DNA from: a virus
Length of the DNA: 28,411 bases
Direction: 5' to 3' (one strand)
Virus genome (UHGV): UHGV-0191955
Shown here: positions 17,633 to 25,399 of the stretch, one piece after another
How positions within the stretch are numbered: position 1 is the stretch's first letter
How the letters are laid out: every line of letters begins with the position of its first letter
Program-made: the position numbers and the translations under genes
Notes under the pieces: generated by a model
What the model saw: only the letters and a program-made list of their open reading frames with translations
The model's database searches: none
Told to the model about the DNA's origin: nothing

Positions 17633-18408
17633 GTGGGTACATTCGCTTACGATAACCCCGCTTACATCGCTTCGTGCTCGTTCGGCAAGGATTCGATCGC
17701 TACGATCCTCCTTGCCCTCGAATATGGCGAGCCGCTCGATGCCGCTGTCTTTTCGGAGGTGATGTTCGACCATCGGCGCAATATCAGCGGCGAGATGCCC
17801 GAACACATCGAGTGGATCTATTCGACGGCGATTCCGCGTCTTGCCGCCTTGGGCGTACGGGTCGATGTCGTCCGTTCGGAGAAAGACTATCTTACGTTAT
17901 TCCATACGGTCATAGGGAGCAGTACGCATAAGGGTATGCTGCGCGGCTGGCTCATCGGCGGCAAGTGCTGCGCCAATCGCGACCTCAAAATCCGGCCTAT
18001 ACATCGCTATTATGCCCGTTATCGAGAGCAAGGCATCGTGCAGTACGTCGGCATCGCGGCCGACGAACCGAGACGCCTCGCGCGGATGCAGGAAAAGGGT
18101 ATAACCGTAAAACGAGTCTGCTCGCCAAGTACGGGTACACCGAGGCGGACGCCCGACGCAAGTGCGAAGAATACGGTCTGCTGTCGCCTCTCTACCGCAC
18201 CTCGCATCGGGGCGGTTGCTGGTTCTGCCCCAACTGTCGCATTCCGGTCTTCGCCGAACTGCGCCGCCGCCATCCTGAATTGTGGCGTGAACTGCAACTG
18301 CTCTCGAAGGTCGGAAATAAGTCCTCCGAAGGTTTCAAATACGGGCTGACTTTCGAGGAGGTCGAGCGGCGGATGGATCTCTTCGAACACTCACCGACGC
18401 CATTCTAA
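17633..18408 (+). pseudogene. PAPS-reductase-like (PP-loop) protein, frameshifted
   Basis: N-terminal part in one frame carries PP-loop-like 'CSFGKDS' and 'GIAADEPRRLARM'. C-terminal part in the -1 frame carries 'HRGGCWFCPNC'. The frame switch falls near 18092-18115 in an A4/G3 run. Start assigned to the GTG at 17633. Confidence 0.55.
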
Positions 18409-18410
18409 AC

Positions 18411-18509
18411 AACTGAAAATAAATACGATAATAGTCGCCGAATAACTTGCGTGTTCCGAATAACGATGTTATGTTTGTCATGCAATAAACAACTAAAATA
18501 GAGCGAATT
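18411..18509 (+). promoter_or_regulatory. repeated promoter element, copy A
   Basis: ~100-bp element shared by five loci. TTG at 18447-18449 and TATGTTTG at 18470-18477 with 20-nt spacing. Ends at the ATG of the downstream ORF. Confidence 0.65.
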
Positions 18510-18813
18510 ATGAAAAAGACAGTCATCGTGAAAGGCGAGCGTCGCAAGGTAGAATTCGAGTATCGAGTAATCGATAAATTGGTTAGTTGCCAAAAAGCAA
18601 ACGATGGGATAAGCAGGGGGATGGCTTCCGGTCGAAACCTATTACCACGAAGCCGTTGCCATTATCGACGGTGTAGAATATCCGAGCGTTCGACGCTGGC
18701 ATACCAATGGCGGCAGGTATTCGGAACAGTTCTTTTACAACGGACATTTCTATGATTCGTATAAGAAAATGATCGAGCGCATTCTCGAATCGGCAGACGA
18801 AAGTAACTCTTGA
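18510..18813 (+). CDS. small cassette protein A, apparently frameshifted
   Basis: ORF 18510..18755 reads 'MKKTVIVKGERRKVEFEYRVIDKLV...'. After a G5 run (18616-18620) the +1 frame gives a protein-like 'WLPVETYYHEAVAIIDGVEYPS...ERILESADESNS' to a stop at 18811-18813, while the original frame turns Arg-rich and low-complexity. Confidence 0.45.
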
Positions 18814-18833
18814 ACCTCGATGGAAGCAGATGG

Positions 18834-18863
18834 AAAAACAGGCTCCGTACGGAGCCTGTTTCG
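18834..18863 (+). terminator. perfect palindrome terminator hairpin
   Basis: AAAAACAGGCTCCGT/ACGGAGCCTGTTT: an A-tract, a perfect GC-rich palindrome, then a T-tract, a bidirectional intrinsic-terminator shape, directly after cassette A. Confidence 0.6.
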
Positions 18864-18886
18864 ATCTTTCGCTGTAAGCGTAAATA

Positions 18887-18997
18887 ACTGAAAATAAATA
18901 TGATAATAGTTACCGGATAACTTGTGTGTTCCGAATAACGATGTTATGTTTGCAGTACGATAAACAACTGAATAATAGACGATTAAAACACCCGAAC
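18887..18997 (+). promoter_or_regulatory. repeated promoter element, copy B
   Basis: Same element as copy A with substitutions; contains CTTG...TATGTTTG; followed by ATG at 18998. Confidence 0.65.
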
Positions 18998-19420
18998 ATG
19001 ACAAGTGCACAGGCAAAACAGATCGCATCGAACTATATGCGGCAGCAGAGCGATTATGTATTTTCGGCGGTAACGGTTAAAAGCCTCGCTCCGGCGAACG
19101 GACCAGTCAAGGTGTGGCTCACCACCGAAGACGACTACGGGGACGAACTGATCGTCGAGGTCGAGATGGACCCGCAGTCGAATGAGATCCGCTGGAAGAA
19201 GATCTGCAACACGGGACGCCTATCCGAATATCTGAAGCCGGCTACTCGGATCGATAAACTTTCGGCGGGGCAGCGCTTCCGGCTGCAAGGCGACTGCGTG
19301 GTTTACGAGTTCGTGGACAATGTAAAGGACCGCAGCAATATTCCCTATATCATCCGACGGGCGGACCGATCCGGTTGCGTATCGAGAGTCGGATGGCAGG
19401 AAGTTTTTCCTATCGAGTAA
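18998..19420 (+). CDS. small cassette protein B (140 aa)
   Basis: ATG immediately after promoter copy B. No motif recognised. Confidence 0.55.
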   Translation: MTSAQAKQIASNYMRQQSDYVFSAVTVKSLAPANGPVKVWLTTEDDYGDELIVEVEMDPQSNEIRWKKICNTGRLSEYLKPATRIDKLSAGQRFRLQGDCVVYEFVDNVKDRSNIPYIIRRADRSGCVSRVGWQEVFPIE

Positions 19421-19429
19421 CCGATAACC

Positions 19430-19456
19430 GCGCACCTTGCCGAAAGGCAGGTGCGC
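19430..19456 (+). terminator. stem-loop with GAAA tetraloop
   Basis: GCGCACCTTGCC-GAAA-GGCAGGTGCGC, one bulged T, located after cassette B. Confidence 0.4.
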
Positions 19457-19472
19457 ATAAAACGATACGACG

Positions 19473-19703
19473 ATGAAACTCCGCCGAACGAAAACCGGAA
19501 CTTACACGATTGCTGGTATTACCGCAACTCAATATCGCACCCTTGCGGCAGTGCTTATGACCGCCGATGAGCGTTGCTTCGACGAACAGGACGAGGACGG
19601 CAACTATTACAGCAACGACGATTTCGTCTGCTCGCTCGATGGCGATGAACGGGTGGCTTTGCGACAGGTGTGCGACGCACTTCGGCAACGTGTAAAATAT
19701 TGA
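19473..19703 (+). CDS. small acidic protein (76 aa)
   Basis: ATG ORF between cassettes B and C. Not preceded by the repeated promoter element. Confidence 0.45.
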   Translation: MKLRRTKTGTYTIAGITATQYRTLAAVLMTADERCFDEQDEDGNYYSNDDFVCSLDGDERVALRQVCDALRQRVKY

Positions 19704-19796
19704 AAATAAATGCGATAATAATTAATGGAAAACTTGCGTGTCCCGAATTATGATGCCATCTTTGCAGTGCAATAAACAACTAATATAGAGTGTATT
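19698..19796 (+). promoter_or_regulatory. repeated promoter element, copy C
   Basis: TATTGAAAATAAATGCGATAATA...CTTGCGTG...TTTGCAGTGCAATAAACAACTAATAT. The -7 box is degenerate here (TCTTTG). Confidence 0.55.
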
Positions 19797-20126
19797 ATGA
19801 GTACAAGAGCAAGAATCGGAGTAAGACTTCCAGACGGAAAAATCAAAAGCGTCCATATATGGCGGGACGGACATCCCGATACGTTGGGCGAAACGTTGTC
19901 AGCGCACTACAATACATTGGAATCGGCAATGGCACTGGTCGAACGAGGCAATATAATCGATGTGGAAGCGCGTCTCGAAGAGTGCCGGTTCGAGAAATCG
20001 AATGAACGGTACGATACCGAGCCTCGGGTTTATAAAACGGTTGCCGCCTACGAACGAGAAATCGGAGGAGGATATATGTTACAAATATCTCTATCGGGAC
20101 GGCAAGTGGGAATACCGGGCGGTTGA
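19797..20126 (+). CDS. small cassette protein C (109 aa)
   Basis: ATG immediately after promoter copy C. No motif recognised. Confidence 0.55.
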   Translation: MSTRARIGVRLPDGKIKSVHIWRDGHPDTLGETLSAHYNTLESAMALVERGNIIDVEARLEECRFEKSNERYDTEPRVYKTVAAYEREIGGGYMLQISLSGRQVGIPGG

Positions 20127-20202
20127 TTGGTAACCGACTTCCGATCGTAAGGAACGAATGCTCCGAGCCTCCGACGGGAGGCTTCCCCTCGTTTCGTCCA
20201 TT

Positions 20203-20247
20203 CAGTTGTTTATTGCGACCGGAGCCGTGCATCGTGTACGGCTCCGG
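20203..20247 (+). terminator. CAGTTGTTTATTGC box plus 10-bp GC hairpin (CCGGAGCCGT/ACGGCTCCGG), copy 1
   Basis: Perfect stem followed by TTT. The 14-mer is the reverse complement of GCAATAAACAACTG found in the cassette leaders. Confidence 0.5.
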
Positions 20248-20321
20248 TTTCCGTTCAAAGGCGGGACATTGTTTCTGCAACGGATCTTCGGCAGCATGTA
20301 TATTTACCATATGGAATAGGC

Positions 20322-20440
20322 TTGATAAATAGTTGGTATTCTTTGAATTAAGTTACCGATAAACTTGCGTGTCCCGAATAATGATGTTATGTTTGCAGTG
20401 CAATAAACGATTGAACTGCAATCTATTAAACGACTCGATT
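20322..20440 (+). promoter_or_regulatory. repeated promoter element, copy D
   Basis: 5' half diverged; retains CTTGCGTGTCCCGAATAATGATGTTATGTTTGCAGTGCAATAAACGATTG; followed by ATG at 20441. Confidence 0.6.
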
Positions 20441-20659
20441 ATGAATACTGCGAATCGAAAAAGAACGGAAATCGACGCCGAACTCGACCGGTTGGAGGTC
20501 GAATTCGAGAAGAACCGCAAGGAGATGCAACGCCTTGCCGACGAGAACAGACGTGCCGGCAACCGCTATGGCGAATTATCGAATGCGAATCACGACATCA
20601 ACAACCGGATCCTCACATTGCTCGCAGAGCGTTGGGAATCGGAAGAGACGACCGATTGA
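20441..20659 (+). CDS. small coiled-coil cassette protein D (72 aa)
   Basis: ATG after promoter copy D. Charged, heptad-like sequence 'IDAELDRLEVEFEKNRKEMQRLADENRR'. Confidence 0.5.
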   Translation: MNTANRKRTEIDAELDRLEVEFEKNRKEMQRLADENRRAGNRYGELSNANHDINNRILTLLAERWESEETTD

Positions 20660-20675
20660 CGAAACGAGAGACGGA

Positions 20676-20703
20676 CCCCGCCGAGAAATATTCCTCGGCG
20701 GGG
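20676..20703 (+). terminator. 10-bp perfect stem hairpin (CCCCGCCGAG/CTCGGCGGGG)
   Basis: Read directly; lies after cassette D. Confidence 0.45.
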
Positions 20704-20734
20704 TAAAACCCGAAACCGGAAAACACATAAAGAG

Positions 20735-20926
20735 ATGAAAACGATGAATGCAAAGGTAGGCGACAAGATTCGCATTATCCATCTTCGCGACGAGGACAGC
20801 CGTTACGACGGCAAGGAGGGAACGATCGAGTTCATCGACTCGCTCGGACAACTGCACGGCACATGGGGCGGGTTGGCAGTCATTCCCGAAGTCGATCGGT
20901 TCGTAATTATCGAGAAAGCGGAATAA
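20735..20926 (+). CDS. small protein (63 aa)
   Basis: ATG ORF without the repeated promoter element. Alternative ATG at 20744. Confidence 0.45.
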   Translation: MKTMNAKVGDKIRIIHLRDEDSRYDGKEGTIEFIDSLGQLHGTWGGLAVIPEVDRFVIIEKAE

Positions 20927-20977
20927 TCGCCTGCAACGATAATGCTCGGTTCCGCCATCTTTTTATAGCATCTAATC

Positions 20978-21076
20978 TATTGAAAATAAATACGATAATA
21001 GTCGCCGAACAACTTGCATGTTCCGAATAACGATGTTATGTTTGCAGTACGATAAACAACTAAAAAAGAGCGAATT
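20978..21076 (+). promoter_or_regulatory. repeated promoter element, copy E
   Basis: Closest copy to A. Contains CTTGCATG...TATGTTTG; followed by ATG at 21077. Confidence 0.65.
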
Positions 21077-21364
21077 ATGAGAACGAACATCGAACGGTTT
21101 TTAGAGAGATTCCCGAAGAATGCCACGAATTGGGCGCAGGCGACGGACGAGGTGCGCGATATGGCTCACAAGGCTCGCGAATTGTTGGAAGAGTACGAAG
21201 GCGTAATCGTCGAACCGGTAAATTTCCGGACTATCGAGACCCCGGCCGAGTGGAATACCGAAGGTCGCGAGTTCATCCTGACGAATTTCGATCGCATGGC
21301 GGATAGGACCAAAGAGCGTTTCTACGACTACTTCCGCGAGTGGTTCGAAGGCGAAGAGGAATAG
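21077..21364 (+). CDS. small acidic cassette protein E (95 aa)
   Basis: ATG immediately after promoter copy E. No motif recognised. Confidence 0.55.
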   Translation: MRTNIERFLERFPKNATNWAQATDEVRDMAHKARELLEEYEGVIVEPVNFRTIETPAEWNTEGREFILTNFDRMADRTKERFYDYFREWFEGEEE

Positions 21365-21372
21365 ACCGACGC

Positions 21373-21409
21373 ACGGATGCTCCCCGTTCAAGCTGCGGGG
21401 AGCATCCGT
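21373..21409 (+). terminator. 14-bp perfect stem hairpin (ACGGATGCTCCCCG/CGGGGAGCATCCGT)
   Basis: Read directly; 9-nt loop; directly after cassette E. Confidence 0.5.
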
Positions 21410-21471
21410 CCTAACCCCGGAGTAGGGTTGCACACGTCGTCTCTTTCGATAGGAAATCTATCGTGCTCCAT

Positions 21472-21515
21472 CAGTTGTTTATTGCAGCCGGAGCCGCATC
21501 ATGTGCGGCTCCGGC
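21472..21515 (+). terminator. CAGTTGTTTATTGC box plus 12-bp GC hairpin (GCCGGAGCCGCA/TGCGGCTCCGGC), copy 2
   Basis: Second copy of the element at 20203-20247, with the same 14-mer and a related stem. Confidence 0.5.
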
Positions 21516-21589
21516 AATCTCATTATAGAGGGACTTTGTTTCAGCGATGAGGCCTTTTGCCATTTTACCTTTATTCCCGCGACAAAGGT

Positions 21590-24454
21590 ATGGCGATTTT
21601 TGGTCTGAAATATTACGCAGACCTTCGCTCGAAGTACAAGGGCGTCTTGTGGCGCGTAGAGATTTCGGAGCGGGGGTACGCAGGTCCGTCGGAGGAGATG
21701 ACCTTCGACGGCGGTGCACCGTTGCAGATCACGTGGGAGAAACGGGGCGACGAGTTCTACGTGCCGGTCAAGGCTTCGGAGGCGACCATCAACATCCTCT
21801 GCAAGGAGAATTTCCATTACCTGGCTCTGTTCACTTCCGATCCCCGTTATTTTCGCGTCTCGATTTTCCGCAATCGGCAGCTCTATTGGCGGGGCTACGT
21901 CACCTCCGACCTCTACTCCGAGAACTTCACGGCTCCGCCTTATACCGTCACGATCAAGGCCGTGGACGGCTTCAATCTCTTGTCGAGCATTCCGTTCCGC
22001 GACCTCTTACATATCGGCATCGCGGGCAGACGATCGCTGTGGGAACTGCTCTCCTCCTGCATCGACCTGTTGGAGTTGGACCTCGATACGGCGGACTGGA
22101 TGGATCTGTATGCCGAAGGGATGGACGAGAACGCCTCTCCGCTTCGTCAAACCTATATCGACCTCGAACGGCTCTACTACGTCTACGAGCAGCCTACCTA
22201 TCGCGACATCCTCGAACTGTGCCTGCGTCCGTTCGCCGGGCAAATCTTCCAGTCGAACGGAGCCCTGCATATCCGCCGCGCCGTGTCGCTCTACCGAACT
22301 GCCCGTCCCGTGAATTTCTACCGCGTCGGCACGGAGTATCCCGTCGGACGGATCGTTACGGGCAGCGGGCTGCGGCTCGTGATCCATACCGGTGCGCAGG
22401 TCGTCGCGTCGGCGGCACGCGAGCGCATCGACGGTATGTGGACGGGCGACCTGCACATCGAGGGAAGTTCGACGCTCGACATCGTCCCTGCGCTGCGCAA
22501 GGTCTCGGTCGATGTAAAGAACAAGAGCCTCGACAACCTGATCGCCCGCATCGGGTTCTACGATCCCGACGCTTGGATGGATCCGCACGGCTTCGTCTCC
22601 GTGAAGAGCGGGGAGGAACTCTATTTCAGCGGCGAGGATGCCTATCGGAGTGAGGAGGTCGTAACTCGGGGGTTTCCCGTCGAGCAGTGCAACTTCCCGC
22701 TCGTATGGGAGTTCGGGTTGCAGACCTACCATCGGGAGTGGGGACTGGGCATTTACCGCCCGAACGAAAGCGTCGATGTCGCGGTGCATTACGGCGTCCG
22801 CATCGTCGGCGAAAAGGCGACATACAGCCTCACCGAGAGCGGCTCGTGGGTGCAGTCTTCCGACGGGGAGATCGCGAGTACGGTCAAGACCGGCAACGAG
22901 CAGAATATGAAGATCGAGATCGACGGCATCCCCTGCGACGGCGAGTGGCGGTTCTTCATCCGGCAGACGCTCATCGGCAAGATCACGACCTATACCGACC
23001 GTTTCGGCAATCCGAGCGGCCGCACCTCGGGCTATCAGGAGAGCGCCGCGTTCCGCAAGATGACGCTCTCGATCGATGCGGGCGACAGCTACGACAAGGG
23101 ATTGCGCTACGAATCGCTCGTCGATCCCGCGAACAATGTCGATATGTCCGTAACGCTTCCCGTGAGCGATATTCCCGCCATTCCGAACGACCGGCTGCTC
23201 TATGCGCTCTACTACCTCGATGTCGCCGGCAATCCCACGCGCATCTGGCATACGAAAGGTCGGAACGACTACGACACGCTGGTCGGTCATATCGTGCAGG
23301 GAGCATTGCGGTACAAGCAGCTGCCGAGCCGGCGCATCACGGGCGAGATCTTCACGGGGCAGCATATCGATATGAATACGGTGGTTCGGGACGACAAGTT
23401 CCTGAACGCCGCCTATTACCTGAACTCCATCGAACTGAATGCCCTCGACGACTCCTACAACAGCGAACTCACGGAGATGCCGCATCTGCTCGCGACGGAG
23501 AGACCGCCGGAGGGCGACGACTGCATAGCGGTCGCAACGCTGTCCTTCACGGTCGGCAAGGCGATCCGCTGCCTGAACCGGCTGCTGCTCCAGTCCGCCG
23601 ATAAAAAGACGGTCTATGCCTTCGACACCGCTACGCGGCAGGTGCGGGAGATCTACCGCAGCACGACGTCCTTCGAGATGTACGAAGCGGACGAGGGATT
23701 CGTCGCGGTGGATGGGAAAGAGGTCCGCTACCTCGACTATCGCGGTACGGTCGAACGGATATATACCCCGCCGGAGGAGTACCGCAACGTCGCGACCTAC
23801 ATGGACGGGTATATCCATATCCTGAAATCTTACCGGCAGTATATCGGTCCGCGGGGCGGCAATGCCGGCGGACGCAGCGCCCGCACGGCAGAGGACGAGG
23901 ATCCGAACTACCGCACCTATCGTTACCTCTCGCGCCCGGAGTGCAAGTACGTTTCGCCCGACGCCTCGACCGGCTATCGCGGACGGGGATATGCCTACGA
24001 GGGTACGCCGATGTCGGGTGCGATCCTCGCCCTGCGGCGCACGGAAAATACGATCGTCGTGAACACCTCGCATGGCGCCTATCTGCACGACAAACGGTTC
24101 CACCAGCCCTGCAAGATGCTGCAATTCGCTGCGGGCGAGCAGATCGTCACCGTCTCCGACAACTATATCGGCATCAACGCCGACGATATGCTGTGGTTCT
24201 ACCGGCGGGATTCGATTACCGAGCGGACGCTGCTCCGGCGGTTGGGACGCTGGGCGGATCATGCCGACCATACGATGAGCGAGGTCGTGCACTCCTACGA
24301 CGACGGCATCTTCATCCGGAACTTCCGCGACGACACGACGACCGACGTTCGGAACGTCGCCGGCTGGGGCGAGACCATCATGGGATTATTCTTCATCTAC
24401 GGCGACCTCTATATCGTGCGCGAACGGGCGATTTACAAATTCATTCCTGAATAA
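21590..24454 (+). CDS. large hypothetical protein (~954 aa), possibly virion-associated
   Basis: Long GC-rich ORF with phage-like codon usage. ATG at 21590 preferred over the TTG at 21557. No motif recognised. The long minus-strand ORF opposite it is treated as antisense noise. Confidence 0.55.
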   Translation: MAIFGLKYYADLRSKYKGVLWRVEISERGYAGPSEEMTFDGGAPLQITWEKRGDEFYVPVKASEATINILCKENFHYLALFTSDPRYFRVSIFRNRQLYWRGYVTSDLYSENFTAPPYTVTIKAVDGFNLLSSIPFRDLLHIGIAGRRSLWELLSSCIDLLELDLDTADWMDLYAEGMDENASPLRQTYIDLERLYYVYEQPTYRDILELCLRPFAGQIFQSNGALHIRRAVSLYRTARPVNFYRVGTEYPVGRIVTGSGLRLVIHTGAQVVASAARERIDGMWTGDLHIEGSSTLDIVPALRKVSVDVKNKSLDNLIARIGFYDPDAWMDPHGFVSVKSGEELYFSGEDAYRSEEVVTRGFPVEQCNFPLVWEFGLQTYHREWGLGIYRPNESVDVAVHYGVRIVGEKATYSLTESGSWVQSSDGEIASTVKTGNEQNMKIEIDGIPCDGEWRFFIRQTLIGKITTYTDRFGNPSGRTSGYQESAAFRKMTLSIDAGDSYDKGLRYESLVDPANNVDMSVTLPVSDIPAIPNDRLLYALYYLDVAGNPTRIWHTKGRNDYDTLVGHIVQGALRYKQLPSRRITGEIFTGQHIDMNTVVRDDKFLNAAYYLNSIELNALDDSYNSELTEMPHLLATERPPEGDDCIAVATLSFTVGKAIRCLNRLLLQSADKKTVYAFDTATRQVREIYRSTTSFEMYEADEGFVAVDGKEVRYLDYRGTVERIYTPPEEYRNVATYMDGYIHILKSYRQYIGPRGGNAGGRSARTAEDEDPNYRTYRYLSRPECKYVSPDASTGYRGRGYAYEGTPMSGAILALRRTENTIVVNTSHGAYLHDKRFHQPCKMLQFAAGEQIVTVSDNYIGINADDMLWFYRRDSITERTLLRRLGRWADHADHTMSEVVHSYDDGIFIRNFRDDTTTDVRNVAGWGETIMGLFFIYGDLYIVRERAIYKFIPE

Positions 24455-24464
24455 GTGCGAAACT

Positions 24465-24839
24465 ATGGAAACACTATCCATCATTCTGAACTTCATTCTC
24501 GCCAGCGGACTGGCGGGAACGATCCTTTTTTTCAACGCAAAGAAGCGCAAGGAGAACGCGGACGCCGACTCCGCCGAATTAGCAAACACGGAGAAGGTCG
24601 TGGCGATCCAGTCCGAGCAGATCACGCGGCTGGACGGGCGCGTGGAGAAACTCGAAGAGAAGGTCGGCAAACTCGAAATCATCATCGAGCACAAGGACGT
24701 GGAGATCGACCGCAGCCGCATCGTCATCCGGCAGGCGTACAAATGCGAAACGCCGCCCGAACATTGTCCGGTCTTGCTCAAAAGAGCCGAGTTGGAACGC
24801 AGGCGCAAAGAGAGCGACGAAAATAACCGAAAATCATAA
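24465..24839 (+). CDS. membrane protein with N-terminal helix and coiled coil (holin/spanin-like architecture)
   Basis: Hydrophobic helix 'LSIILNFILASGLAGTILFF' followed by heptad-like 'RLDGRVEKLEEKVGKLEIIIEHKD'. A functional call is not possible from sequence alone. Confidence 0.45.
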   Translation: METLSIILNFILASGLAGTILFFNAKKRKENADADSAELANTEKVVAIQSEQITRLDGRVEKLEEKVGKLEIIIEHKDVEIDRSRIVIRQAYKCETPPEHCPVLLKRAELERRRKESDENNRKS

Positions 24840-24970
24840 AGCAATGAGCAGAGGATTGAGTAATTGTAACCGACGCCGCGGAGCGAGAGCAGAACCCGCT
24901 TGCGGGCTCTGCCGAGCCGCAAGGAGGAAACGATTGCTACAATGACATTCCAGAACGAATAACAGATATT

Positions 24971-25393
24971 ATGAACGAGAAAACTTTGCCGAGAGGGATG
25001 CGCAATCGCAACCCGGGCAATATCCGCCGATCGGCGACGAAGTATCTGGGCGAAGTTGCGCCCTCGCGCGATGCCGCATTCAAGCAGTTCGAGACGATGG
25101 CGTGGGGCTACCGCGCGATGTTCGTGCTGCTGGACTCCTACTCCCGTAAAGGTTATCGGACAATCCGGCAAATGATCTCGCGCTACGCTCCGCCCATCGA
25201 GAACCATACCGAGAACTATATTCGTTGCGTGTCCGAATGGTCGGGCATCTGCGCCGACGAACCATTGGATACGCAGGCGGGCGAAACGATGATCCCTATC
25301 GTGGCGGCTATGTCGCGCATGGAAAACGGCTGTCCGACGGTACTATCGGACGTCGAGGCAGGCTGGACGCTTTATCTGCAACACAAACCCTAA
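24971..25393 (+). CDS. hypothetical protein (140 aa)
   Basis: ATG ORF directly upstream of the tape measure gene. Contains 'NRNPGNIRRS'. Function not recognised. Confidence 0.45.
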   Translation: MNEKTLPRGMRNRNPGNIRRSATKYLGEVAPSRDAAFKQFETMAWGYRAMFVLLDSYSRKGYRTIRQMISRYAPPIENHTENYIRCVSEWSGICADEPLDTQAGETMIPIVAAMSRMENGCPTVLSDVEAGWTLYLQHKP

Positions 25394-25399
25394 ACAGCC

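Noticed and set aside
17261-18349. 362-aa ORF extending far upstream into the Dam methyltransferase gene
   Set aside because: The upstream part overlaps the methyltransferase in another frame and is Ser/Arg-rich. Only the part from about 17633 looks PAPS-reductase-like.
18411-21076. Possible CRISPR array (five direct repeats)
   Set aside because: The repeats are ~100 bp, imperfect, and separated by 350-650 bp coding segments with their own start codons. Each carries a -33/-7 promoter signature. This is not CRISPR repeat-spacer geometry.
22007-24292. 761-codon minus-strand ORF opposite the 954-aa protein
   Set aside because: The plus-strand frame is longer, co-directional with the rest of the phage and less compositionally skewed. 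The minus frame is Arg/Ala/Gly-rich. Without homology this remains the less likely strand, not an impossible one.
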